Both the position numbers and the translations under genes were made by a program. The notes beneath the pieces were generated by a model. That model did not search any database. It saw nothing but the letters and a program-made list of their open reading frames with translations, and had not been told where the DNA came from. Source: Andalucia godoyi And28 (taxonomy: Eukaryota; Protista; Jakobida). From it: DNA of 16,327 bases. Where the stretch lies: contig VRVR01000001.1 of assembly GCA_009859145.1 (NCBI GenBank), forward strand, positions 1 to 16,327, written 5' to 3'. Positions 8,001 to 16,263 of this stretch are shown here, one piece after another; the stretch's first letter is position 1, and each line of letters opens with the position of its first letter.

Positions 8001-8790
8001 GACCCAGAACCGTTTCCCGCACCCGGGTCTGGCTGTCTTCCAACAGATTCCTGCTGTTTTCCGGAGCATACTTCCTGCGCACTCGGCTCAAGAACCCGAT
8101 GTGATCAGCACCAGAAATGTTGAATGCCCTTTGTAAGAGTTGCAGATCCGCTTGATCGTGGCCTCCAAATATGATTTTGGACATGTTGAAATGAGCAGCT
8201 GCATCTGGACAATACGCTCGTAGAAGTTTGTTCGGGAGCAACTTGGAGCATGACATCATTTGTGATGTCAGGCATGCAATATAGAGCTCCTGATCTGCCT
8301 CCGATAGCTTCGACGTTGATGATGCAGTCGTCGGAGAAAGAGACAGATGCGATCCTAGCAGCTGACTGAGGGGGATGACGTCGCTCGTTGAATCGGACAC
8401 ACCCATCACATCCTCGTCAACCGGAAGTACTGCCAAATTCAGTTCCCTTACATCAATATATTGCAAGCCCCTTTCAATGGACCCCCTTGATCGCAGTTCT
8501 TCGCCTGCAGCAACAGAAGATCCGTTGAGAACATCCAGTGAAAGCTCCTTCTCGAATCTCTTCTTCAGCGTAACAGCTGACGCAATCGTGAAAAAGTCCG
8601 TCGCGCGTGTCGCGCCTGTGGAGGTGCGGCGATGAAATCGTAAGAATATCGCATGTCGCAGAAGCGCCCAATGGTGCCTCGCTCTCGAGCGAGCGACTCT
8701 CGCTGCGAAATCGTCATCGACAACGGGGGATTTTGCAAAAGATGATGATTGCTGGTTCATTTCAAAAAATCCCCATTGCGTCCTGCTCAT
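5080..8790 (-). CDS. UNC13: Unc13/Munc13-family vesicle priming/tethering protein (C2 domain + MUN domain)
   Basis: 1236-aa ORF; C2 domain (~7809-7430: IQIVACRDL...HKTEVISDTMHPSWANEVFAF...DGFLGQLTIPL...WFALQKRSAKSLVTGDI, like Munc13 C2B); MHD1-like SNSVVDLF and YVAMNNIQ; MHD2-like end HKDKAARQYL. The 3' end may be incomplete (see findings). Confidence 0.85.
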   Translation of the reverse strand: MSRTQWGFFEMNQQSSSFAKSPVVDDDFAARVARSRARHHWALLRHAIFLRFHRRTSTGATRATDFFTIASAVTLKKRFEKELSLDVLNGSSVAAGEELRSRGSIERGLQYIDVRELNLAVLPVDEDVMGVSDSTSDVIPLSQLLGSHLSLSPTTASSTSKLSEADQELYIACLTSQMMSCSKLLPNKLLRAYCPDAAAHFNMSKIIFGGHDQADLQLLQRAFNISGADHIGFLSRVRRKYAPENSRNLLEDSQTRVRETVLGRFKELQAQAKENPLLQKLWLGCTDEMVRKCEDDISSMKIKRSMYHAPLHVLEKLGMRGKRKHAVGQIAIQIVACRDLFIKHASKNRLNVFVEVTFNKEGPHKTEVISDTMHPSWANEVFAFDVNTSHQQDNASALFLQVLDHSSSSEDGFLGQLTIPLSSLIPSEPTEGWFALQKRSAKSLVTGDIYVILLYEELDVITRPVLVPTEVPMEKTASSTSDIGKSLCEIEDILCMKVIKRLLALLYNHAADGDADRMMDKTMFPAVVIRSIIDFAVFYQLDPFRLQLCIAQAATHYFSSPPLLARATLIPFASLWPLFHTILDDAPMGLERYKDMYKNSSDTPPTTLSRRPDVCRKIVEFAADLMHSARLFDDGRVLGHTVALLRRLSQYPRATEAMPELSDPQAYIQTEFEQMAVRWLAQHESKTSTFKGSSPATITCADSAVIRIESLTNALHAEFSAFCRKYSPFVPPWAAIFAPIARIYFSAVKQHIEQFSAMCSSPTHVDSHGVRLVPVVRAFQECLQLDVPEDMWFDVYMLFTANIDEWVRILCTKTLTFVHAVLATDLLTAMDENHNPAISNSVVDLFSILIQAYQGFSNMVHLPKIIEKKEMSPGEFLVDDTDGILGENGPGSGKQDVSLQYRWHSEVITVLVEGIHQYIVHLRDRAIALSKAENLGLSTYVAMNNIQTCMTKTDEMMSIPLFSDIPESIRSKFDSIIPCVRSSIKSVLHAIVHNLQCDIVTPHVANILKLHVSVEKKKIAACISTPKPRGARRSSAFPSVHFVDSPVLNFGISEINSLLDELDIVLQQAYDCLEPHIFRMFVEEIYSGGIVKSLRELCMAIPREILNQEVIETIHSIEHPLKDYFVSDNDEEVVEGVSDNQFASSFLELRGLYNLATTSTAGIFEILKCSIRRDGEHCQSIETEATLALLTSRAQFHKDKAARQYLQEVSRILGVQTIESVESKWIRPALILTLSA

Positions 8791-8884
8791 AACTTTAGTT
8801 TTAATATTCGCAAATGTCAGTATTTGTATAATATATTACAATTCTGCAAGAAGCTAAAGGAAGAAAAGAAAGCCACCAATTTCC

Positions 8885-8900
8885 AAAAAAAAAAAAAAAA
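8885..8900. repeat. A16 homopolymer in the BBOF1-UNC13 intergenic spacer
   Basis: Seen directly. Confidence 0.95.
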
Positions 8901-9034
8901 CCAATCGAGAAAAGCAGTCCGTCGTACATTTCAGACTTACGGTCGGCGGGAGACGGAGCCGAAGATGAAACACGACGAAACACGACAGCAGCGGCGGCTG
9001 GGAAGTGGGAACATGCGACAGCGGTTCAGTCAGT

Positions 9035-10429
9035 CTAAAAGTCTTCAAAAGATTCGCTCAAAGGAAAAACATCCGATTCAACCCCCTTAGTACGGTCCTT
9101 CTTCTTGTCCGTTGTATTCATTTTCAAAAACAAGAGTCGCAAGACTTTTTCCTTTTCTTCCCACGACAACTCGGCAATGTCAATCTTTCGGTCTGAAGCA
9201 TCGCCACGGAATGCAGGCACTTGCGCTGCCGAGTCTTCCGTGAATGACTCTTGTCCATTCAAAGACGGGAAGGATACACCCCTCCCCGGAGAAGCGTGGG
9301 CACGCGGACTTCGTCTGATGCGGCCGCTGGGACTTGGAAACAGGGAGCCCAATGGAGACGCAGCTGCTCCTGCAGCGTCTTGCAGTTCCTTCCTTTTGGA
9401 TACACGAACTTCTTCAAGAGCCTGCAGGAAAAACGACTCCAAATCGGATCGCTGGGCAAGAATTTGATGCCCAAGCGTTCGCAGCTGGACGGCTTCCCTC
9501 TTTCGGACATCGAGCGCACGTCGAAGCGACGATATTTCGCTATGCAACTCTTCTTCTCGCTTGCCATGTTCGCTCCTGCAGTTTTTCATTTCTTCGGCAT
9601 GCTCCTGAACAGTCTTGGTCAATGAACTCTCCAAAGACCTTACCTTGCCTTTCAAATCCTTGATTTCTCGAAGATGGACGTATCCTTGTCGGGTGACTTC
9701 TTCAACCGTTTTCTCGTGAATTTCGATCTCTCTCAACAGGAATTTGCATCTTGATTCTGCTTCTTCTCGAGCGGATGCATACTTTTCAAACTGTGATCTC
9801 AAAAAGGACAGTTCGTTGCGCAGCTCCATATTCTCGTTCAGTACTACTTTGGTTTCGTCATCAAGCAACTTCGATATCTTTTTCTTGATGTACAAGTTGC
9901 GAGAAGCACGTTCCAAATTCAAGTCCTCTTCAAACCGCTCTGCCTCGGCGTGAAGACTGGCCTCGAGTCCTGCAACCTCGCGACGACGGAGCATTTGCTC
10001 TTCCTTGAGAGACGCATCTAATTTGGCAATGTCGTCCTCCAGCTTCGCTTTGAATTCCTTAAAGTTCTGATACGTCGACAACTCCTTCTCCAGCACTTGT
10101 ATCCTACTGTCCTTGTGCGACAGCATTGCCGTCAGAGTGTCGATTTGCTGCGTATACTTCACTTCGATTGCGCTGGATTGCGATCGAATTCTCGATTCCA
10201 GCACATTCTTTTCGTCCGTTATCTTTTCGACCGCATGTCGCAGAGACGAAATTTCGTTTTGAAAATACTTGATGGTATCGAAATGCTCACGGTCTTTCGA
10301 CTCAAACTGATTTTTCAGTACAATGTTTTGTGACTTGAGCTCGACAACCAGCTTTTCCAGAGTGGATGTGCGTCCTGCAGATCCATCTGGGGGAATCGTC
10401 CCTGCAGCGGCCGATGCTTCTCCCGACAT
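9035..10429 (-). CDS. BBOF1: Basal body-orientation factor 1 (CCDC176/DUF4515), coiled-coil flagellar protein
   Basis: 464-aa coiled-coil ORF with the family signatures QRSDLESFFLQALEEVR and IDIAELSWEEKEKVLRLLFLKMN. Confidence 0.9.
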   Translation of the reverse strand: MSGEASAAAGTIPPDGSAGRTSTLEKLVVELKSQNIVLKNQFESKDREHFDTIKYFQNEISSLRHAVEKITDEKNVLESRIRSQSSAIEVKYTQQIDTLTAMLSHKDSRIQVLEKELSTYQNFKEFKAKLEDDIAKLDASLKEEQMLRRREVAGLEASLHAEAERFEEDLNLERASRNLYIKKKISKLLDDETKVVLNENMELRNELSFLRSQFEKYASAREEAESRCKFLLREIEIHEKTVEEVTRQGYVHLREIKDLKGKVRSLESSLTKTVQEHAEEMKNCRSEHGKREEELHSEISSLRRALDVRKREAVQLRTLGHQILAQRSDLESFFLQALEEVRVSKRKELQDAAGAAASPLGSLFPSPSGRIRRSPRAHASPGRGVSFPSLNGQESFTEDSAAQVPAFRGDASDRKIDIAELSWEEKEKVLRLLFLKMNTTDKKKDRTKGVESDVFPLSESFEDF

Positions 10430-10872
10430 TGCTACTGTACCCTATCCTTTTCTGCCTGCCTAAAGGGGTGTAAAAGAAGACGGTCTTGCGGCGAGGAGGA
10501 GGAGAACAACTGCAACGGCACGTGTTCTGTGTGTGGGAATAATTTTATTTTTTTCCCTTTCCGATTAGGAAAAAGAAACGGTTGACAGCTTTGTGTATGA
10601 ACGTCAAACAACATCATTCCGAAAGTTTTGTTTGCTTATCTAAAACCCTACGGGGACACGATTTTCCTTACCGTAGTCCAGTCTGGAATTTCTTTCATTT
10701 TCTCCTTTTTCTCTTTTTCTCGGTGCAGTCTTTCGACGTTGCGCTTTCTGAACTGTTTCTCTTACGCTGACCGTCCCATTTCTCTCTTCTATCGATTGAC
10801 CGCGTGGACAACACAAAGTTGCTCTTTTTTTTGCTTGCCCATTAGATTACGTTTTCGCATTGATCTGTGAAC
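10430..10872. promoter_or_regulatory. Probable bidirectional promoter between divergent BBOF1 and GatC
   Basis: 443-bp spacer between head-to-head start codons, with T-rich/pyrimidine tracts; no core elements could be identified. Confidence 0.5.
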
Positions 10873-11316
10873 ATGTCATGTAGCATGTTTCGGAGGTACT
10901 TTACAAGCCAGATCAGCAAACGCTGCTCTTCTCTGTTTTCAGCGGGTCGTCCGTCATGGTCTGTCTCGGATTTGTTTGTCGGAAGAGCGTCGACTGGGTC
11001 CGTATCGATAGAGGATCTTCGACGGGTTGCACAACTTGCACGCATTGACATTTCACTGACTGAAGAGCCTCGATATCTGGAAGATCTCCAGAGAATGGTG
11101 TTCTTTATGGAAAGGCTATCTGAATACGTCTCCAAACTTGTGTCGGTGGAAGCGATGTATTCCCCCGTTCAATCATCACTCTCGCTGCGCCTTTTTCCAG
11201 ATGAGCCAGCAAAGGATGCAACGCGTGATGAAGCGCTTGCAAATTCGCATCGCACTATCGAAGGTTTCTTTGTTGCTGACAAGATGCTACGGGTGCAGCA
11301 AGAAGCCGACGAATGA
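10873..11316 (+). CDS. gatC: Glutamyl-tRNA(Gln) amidotransferase subunit C, mitochondrial
   Basis: First ATG at 10873 (the ORF track starts at GTG 10867); Arg/Ser-rich, acid-poor N-terminal presequence; SIEDLRRVAQLARI...YLEDLQRMVFFMERL and DEALANSHRTIEGFFV match the GatC pattern. Confidence 0.88.
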   Translation: MSCSMFRRYFTSQISKRCSSLFSAGRPSWSVSDLFVGRASTGSVSIEDLRRVAQLARIDISLTEEPRYLEDLQRMVFFMERLSEYVSKLVSVEAMYSPVQSSLSLRLFPDEPAKDATRDEALANSHRTIEGFFVADKMLRVQQEADE

Positions 11317-11398
11317 AAATACTGCAACGGTGTCCTCGCCATTTTTGCGGATTACAAGATTGTTTTCTTGTTTTTTTCACTTCACATTTTTTCGATTC

Positions 11399-11451
11399 TA
11401 TTATGATTATGATTATTGATTATTATTATTTTTATTTTTAAATTTAATTTT
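11399..11451. repeat. AT-rich (TTA/GATTAT) low-complexity tract between convergent gatC and Siva-like 3' ends
   Basis: Seen directly; likely a shared 3'-end/polyadenylation region (inference). Confidence 0.7.
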
Positions 11452-11514
11452 CACGATGTTAGAACTGTACAAACTGCCTCGTAGATGTTAAAGAATGTTG
11501 CAATCGTCCAAACA

Positions 11515-12147
11515 CTAGTGTCGGAGAAGAAAAGGCGGTGATTCAAAAAATGGTGCATCTTGTCGGCGGATGGGAGATGTTGCAACAGCTACATGACTGG
11601 CAAGTGACAGGGAAACAGAGGATGACGATGCAGATGCAGATGCAGCCTCGCGCTTTCTGACGATCGCATCACAAGTCAAGCAGAAATATCGGTCATATCT
11701 TGAATCGTAGTTTGTGCACGAACAGAAGGAGCAAAAGAGCTCTGTACACTCTTCGCACTGTCGAACACAACCTTGGCACGTAGAGCGTTCACAGTACGCA
11801 CACCGCATGGTTTCATCGGATATATTGAGGCAGACATGGCAAGGCCCGCTCTCGCAATCTGTCGAGCACGAAGAGTTGGAAGAATAGCTGTTTTGGAACG
11901 ACAGCGAATGGTTGTGTGTCCTGACCGCAGAGGACGAAAATAGTTCTCTTGCAGCGGACATCATTTTCATGCGTGTGGATTCAAAAACGGACACGCTGTC
12001 GGGCTTTGCAGATTTTGCAGGAAATCCGATAATGGGAGACGAAGATGGGTTGGATGCAAAGGAGGGAGACGACGATGGTGACGCAGACGATTCATACGGA
12101 CTCTGTCGCTTCACGGGATGGTACGATGATGCCACCACACTCTGCAT
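11515..12147 (-). CDS. SIVA1: Siva-family zinc-finger protein (apoptosis regulatory protein Siva-like)
   Basis: 210-aa ORF; Cys cluster CHVC...CAYCERSTCQGCVRQCEECTELFCSFC...YDRYFCLTC aligns with the recalled human SIVA1 CSSC...CGQCERALCGQCVRTCWGC...CTLC...YEKVLCTSC; N-terminal PVKRQSPY and VFESTR resemble SIVA1 PKRSCPF and VFEKTK. Confidence 0.8.
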   Translation of the reverse strand: MQSVVASSYHPVKRQSPYESSASPSSSPSFASNPSSSPIIGFPAKSAKPDSVSVFESTRMKMMSAARELFSSSAVRTHNHSLSFQNSYSSNSSCSTDCESGPCHVCLNISDETMRCAYCERSTCQGCVRQCEECTELFCSFCSCTNYDSRYDRYFCLTCDAIVRKREAASASASSSSVSLSLASHVAVATSPIRRQDAPFFESPPFLLRH

Positions 12148-12183
12148 TCTGAACGGACAAAACTGGGCAAGGAAGTTATTGTT

Positions 12184-12185
12184 TT

Positions 12186-12231
<46 letters not shown>
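12184..12231. repeat. (TTTC)12 tetranucleotide microsatellite, 36 nt upstream of the Siva-like ATG
   Basis: Seen directly. Confidence 0.95.
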
Positions 12232-12233
<2 letters not shown>

Positions 12234-12427
12234 TTAGAATTTGAAAGCGAGATGTGAGAAAACAAAAATGCTCAAAAAGTGCAAGAAGGAGGAAAAGGGA
12301 GGCCAGCGAAAGTGTCTGTTTTCTCCTTTTTCATGGAGAAATCAGCATTCCCTCCAATTTGCAGGCGGGAAAGTACACTCCTAGCGGATTTTCGACTCTT
12401 GTCGACATTCCGGATTTGACCAAAAAT

Positions 12428-12511
12428 CCCGACGGCGCCTTGCCTTGCGGATTTCGTGCGTCGTCGGGGTCATTCCTTACCCCCCCCCCCTCCTCTCCCT
12501 CCCCGGGAGGA
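12428..12511. other. GC-rich hairpin plus C11 tract / potential minus-strand G-quadruplex in the divergent Siva-GPR137 spacer
   Basis: CCCGACGGCGC (12428-12438) pairs with GCGTCGTCGGG (12458-12468; 11 bp with one G-U); C11 at 12480-12490 followed by TCCTCTCCCTCCCC. Confidence 0.55.
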
Positions 12512-12711
12512 GTGCGTGTTGGGGAAGCCATCAGAATTGGCCTATGCGATCCGTATGGCACAAAAAGCCCAAAGCTTGGTGCTTCCTGTTTTCACTTTGA
12601 CACTCTCGTAGGCTTTGCAGATTCGCGCGTCCGATTGGGGAGTTTTTCTGGACGACATCAATTGCAAAATTAACGAACGCTGAGTGCCGCCGTTTGCTGC
12701 CCCCCGCCGCG

Positions 12712-13725
12712 ATGATTGTTATTTTCTTGTTGGTTTGCCTGATGCTCTTGATGTATGTTGCAGAATGTGGATTTGCAGCGCGTGGCATATACATCCTTGG
12801 CTATCGGCGACGAAAATGGTCCACTGTACAAACACAATTTCACTGCCTTGCATGTGCTGGAACGTCCCTTCGTATTCTGGACTTCTCGCTCAATGTGCTC
12901 CCAGTGGTCATTTCGCCATCCTTCGCCATCGGAAATCCAAACCCCAAGGGCACCGACCCCTATTCTGCCGCTTGTATATACTATGAATGGTGTGTGTCTG
13001 TGGTGATGTTCCTTTCGTTCTTGATTGTGGCACTGTATTGGCTGGAACTGTCTGCTGGATCATTTGGTGGAAATGTGCAGCGCAGCATGAAGCTCGCTCG
13101 CCGAAAAAGACGGCGCTTACTGGCCGGCATAAGTATATTCTCCTTTGTTTTGTTTACTCTTGTCTTTATCATTTTTGAGTTTGTTGTGAAGAACATGCTG
13201 CAAGCGGATGCGCTGATCACGGGAGTGTACCTTCCTGTGCTCGGCGCGATCAATGCTTTGTTCTTCATTTTGTATGGATCCATTTTGCATCGGCGCATGC
13301 AGAAGTCCACGGTAATCTTGGGTGCGTCATCAAATCGGGTGCAGACCATGAACAACGTTCGAAATCTTGGTATTGTTTGTTCCACTGCATTTCTTCTGCG
13401 CTCGCTGACTGCGGCTCTTCTCAACAATTGGCTCAGTAACGACATTGATCCGAATGTCTTTTGGGGAATTTTGATCATGTACTATTTCTTCTTTGAACTG
13501 CTCCCGTTGTCGGTTGTCATGTATACTCTTCGACCCGGCATTCGGCGAAAGAAGAGCACGTTGTACAATGAGCAGACGAAAGAAGACATGTCGCGTCCTT
13601 TGTATGCACAGAAAGACACTGCGTTTGCTAGAGATGACGGGTTAGGATCATCAGGGTCTATTCCAACCATGTCACCATCCGCAGAATCGGTTTTGGGCGC
13701 GGCCATTGACGAAACTCTTGTGTAG
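12712..13725 (+). CDS. GPR137 / THH1-TOM1-TOM3 (DUF1084)-like 7TM integral membrane protein
   Basis: First in-frame ATG at 12712 (the ORF track starts at TTG 12694); about 7 hydrophobic helices; ALYWLEL, LGIVCSTAFLLRSL and YYFFFELLPLSVVMYTLR match TOM1/GPR137 motifs. Confidence 0.8.
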   Translation: MIVIFLLVCLMLLMYVAECGFAARGIYILGYRRRKWSTVQTQFHCLACAGTSLRILDFSLNVLPVVISPSFAIGNPNPKGTDPYSAACIYYEWCVSVVMFLSFLIVALYWLELSAGSFGGNVQRSMKLARRKRRRLLAGISIFSFVLFTLVFIIFEFVVKNMLQADALITGVYLPVLGAINALFFILYGSILHRRMQKSTVILGASSNRVQTMNNVRNLGIVCSTAFLLRSLTAALLNNWLSNDIDPNVFWGILIMYYFFFELLPLSVVMYTLRPGIRRKKSTLYNEQTKEDMSRPLYAQKDTAFARDDGLGSSGSIPTMSPSAESVLGAAIDETLV

Positions 13726-13936
13726 ATATGCGGAACGTCGTTTCGCTTCCAAATTCCATCCTTCTACTTTCATCTTTTTCAGGTTTTAATTTTAGTTTTA
13801 ATTTATTTTTTATTTTTTATTTTTGTTTTGTTTGTGTGCTGCTAAAGCCACTACTACTGCTATTTATTATTGTCATCATCACCCTCGTTGTTCTGGTTAC
13901 GTTCCATAAACCCCTGCTACCGGTATGTTGATCGGT

Positions 13937-15310
13937 TTACAGCAACTTCCGCAGCCAATTCACACGAGATTCGGACAACGGCGGATACTTGAACGACGGG
14001 TCAACAATCGTGAAACGGTTCATCACCGACTTCCGATGAGAAAACTCGATAAAACCTTCATGACCGTGATACGCCCCCATTCCTGATGGACCAACACCTC
14101 CGAACGGAAGCTCTGGATTGGTGATGTGCATGAGACAGTCATTCTGGCAGACACCGCCAGAGCTTGTATTGCCCACGATGTAATCCTGCGTGGTTGAGGA
14201 ACCCGAGAATACATAGAGTGCAAGGGGCTTGGGCCTGTCCAGCACAAAGTCGATGACTTCATCCAGGTTCGAAAAAGGCAGAATGGGCAGAACGGGACCA
14301 AAAATCTCGTCTCGCATAAGTTCCGAATCGACATTCACTTGATCGATCAATGTAGGAGCTACGTACTTGTCTTCTACAGAAACCTGTCCGCCATGAAGAA
14401 TGTTTCCGCCACTTTGGATCGCTCGCTGGAGGCGTTCCGTGTGTCGGGTGTTGATGATCCTCGAAAACTCGCTTTGCTTCGGATCTTCGCCAAAGAACTG
14501 CACGATGTACTTCTTCAGAAGCTCCCCGAACTTGTCTTTGATGGACTCGTGAACAAACAAGTAATCCGGGGCGATGCAAGTCTGGCCTGCATTCAAGAAT
14601 TTTCCAAACACAATGCGTTTGGCAGCAACATCCAGGCTGGCATCTGCGGCAACGATACAAGGAGATTTTCCGCCGAGCTCAAGCGTGGTTGGAGTCAAGT
14701 GTCTTGCGGCAGCTGCCATGATAATCTTGGCCACGGTGCCGTTTCCCGTGTAAATGATGTGGTCATACTGCTCCTGAAGCAGTTCGGTGGCAACATCAAT
14801 GCCTCCCTCGATGACGGCAACTGCGTCGTTGTCGAGATACTCGGGAAGATACTTTGCGATAAAAGCAGACGACGCAGGAGCCAGTTCTGATGGCTTCACC
14901 AAGACACAGTTTCCTGCAGCAAGAATCGAAACCAGCGGAGCAAGGCACAACTGAATGGGGTAATTCCACGGAGAAATGCAGAGCACGACACCCTTTGGTT
15001 CGTACATGATTTTTGAGGAACCCGGGAGATGAACCATTGGAGTGGACACACTCTTGGGCTTCATCCATGATGAAAGGTTGGAAATCGCATGGTCAATCTC
15101 GGACGTCACAAGCGAGCACTCCGCTAAAATCGCCTCACCATACGGGCGGTTCAGGTCGGACTTCAAGGCAGCCAGTACTTCTGGTTCGCGCTCTTTCAAA
15201 AGCTTCTTCATCGCTTTGAGTTGCGCAATACGCCATGCTGCCGGACGAGTCTTTCTGGATCGAAACGTCGAGCGCAGCTTCGCCACAGTCGCACTGATCA
15301 ACGAACTCAT
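13937..15310 (-). CDS. ALDH3: Aldehyde dehydrogenase, ALDH3 family (fatty aldehyde dehydrogenase-like)
   Basis: 457 aa; ISPWNYP, VKPSE, YTGNG, LELGGKSP (catalytic Glu), NAGQTCIAPDY (catalytic Cys), EIFGP, PFGGVGPSGMGAYHG. Confidence 0.97.
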   Translation of the reverse strand: MSSLISATVAKLRSTFRSRKTRPAAWRIAQLKAMKKLLKEREPEVLAALKSDLNRPYGEAILAECSLVTSEIDHAISNLSSWMKPKSVSTPMVHLPGSSKIMYEPKGVVLCISPWNYPIQLCLAPLVSILAAGNCVLVKPSELAPASSAFIAKYLPEYLDNDAVAVIEGGIDVATELLQEQYDHIIYTGNGTVAKIIMAAAARHLTPTTLELGGKSPCIVAADASLDVAAKRIVFGKFLNAGQTCIAPDYLFVHESIKDKFGELLKKYIVQFFGEDPKQSEFSRIINTRHTERLQRAIQSGGNILHGGQVSVEDKYVAPTLIDQVNVDSELMRDEIFGPVLPILPFSNLDEVIDFVLDRPKPLALYVFSGSSTTQDYIVGNTSSGGVCQNDCLMHITNPELPFGGVGPSGMGAYHGHEGFIEFSHRKSVMNRFTIVDPSFKYPPLSESRVNWLRKLL

Positions 15311-15811
15311 CTGTTGTTGTTGTTGTTTTTCCCTTATGCTTTCTTCTCTTTTCTTTTTTTTTCACCACCTCTCGTTCTCTACTTCACTCGCCTTTCAGTC
15401 AATCAGCGCAACTTTATATAAAAATTTAAAAATTTAAAAAATAAACTAAATTAACATTTAATTAAACCCCAAAGAAGAATTCAAAAGACCCTTCTTTCCC
15501 TTTCCCTTCCAAGAGCCCAAAAATCTTTTTTTTCTGGTCAGAGAAAGAGAAAGAACGCCTCCTTTTTGTAGCATCAAAACACAGCATCACGTGCTTATCT
15601 TCCTTTGTTCTGTTTGTGGTTCACCCAATGCAAACCCAGCTCGACGCTTTACGTGTTATCTGCAATTTGTGTTTTTGCATTTGGTTTTGCGTGTTTTTTA
15701 TCCCTTCCCTCTTCCCACCTTCTCTCGTTTTCTTTGTGTTCCATTGTATTTTGGGATTGCTGGGGCACACTGCTTGCTTGAGAGCTGAAATATTAAAGAA
15801 AGACAAGGAAG
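15311..15811. promoter_or_regulatory. Probable bidirectional promoter between divergent ALDH3 and NDUFA8
   Basis: 501-bp head-to-head spacer with poly-T, (TGT)n and a very A/T-rich block at ~15413-15466. Confidence 0.5.
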
Positions 15812-16111
15812 ATGAGTACCGCGAGTTCATGCCAGCTTCTAGCAGCTTGGAAGGTGATTGGTGAGAGGTGCGGTTCACAGAACCAGCGCTATTTTGAATG
15901 CAAATCCAAGGATGGAAATGCAGCTGCATGTGTTGCCGATGCAAAGGAAGTGATCTCATGCACAGATAAGGTCATTGCGGACCTTGTTTCTCGCTGTGGG
16001 AAGCAGTTTGCTGCTTATGAAAAGTGTCTGGATTTCAACGGACACAATTTTGAAAAGTGCCGTTCGCAGCAGGCCGCATTTGAAAAGTGCGCCGGTGTAA
16101 AGTCTGATTAA
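15812..16111 (+). CDS. NDUFA8: NADH dehydrogenase (complex I) 1 alpha subcomplex subunit 8 (four-CX9C-helix protein)
   Basis: 99 aa with four CX9C motifs (C20-C30, C40-C50, C62-C72, C83-C93) and LLAAWKVIGERC...CRSQQAAFEKC, the compact plant/protist form of NDUFA8. Confidence 0.9.
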   Translation: MSTASSCQLLAAWKVIGERCGSQNQRYFECKSKDGNAAACVADAKEVISCTDKVIADLVSRCGKQFAAYEKCLDFNGHNFEKCRSQQAAFEKCAGVKSD

Positions 16112-16263
16112 TGTTTTTAATCCATTCATTTGTTTTGTTGATGATTACGATTGTTTTCATTACGATTACCATTTACCAAAAAGGAGTGGGTTTTCTGCGC
16201 TCTGTTATTCTTTGCACACCCGCTCCAGAGCACAAGCACAAGCACTTGTCGTACAGCGTCCGT

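Noticed and set aside
8901-12638. CCAAT-like elements (YAATCG / CGATTR) at 8901, 10562, 10793 and 12632 in upstream regions
   Set aside because: The same short word also occurs elsewhere (e.g. 705, 2058); enrichment cannot be shown without a genome-wide count.
12254-12673. 139-aa ORF (non-ATG start) and other short ORFs in the Siva-GPR137 spacer
   Set aside because: Low-complexity, runs through the C11 tract, no recognisable domain, and sits in a divergent promoter region.
3279-15437. Numerous 60-180 aa ORFs overlapping the eight main genes on the opposite strand or in other frames
   Set aside because: Shadow ORFs of long GC-balanced coding sequences, with no independent motifs.
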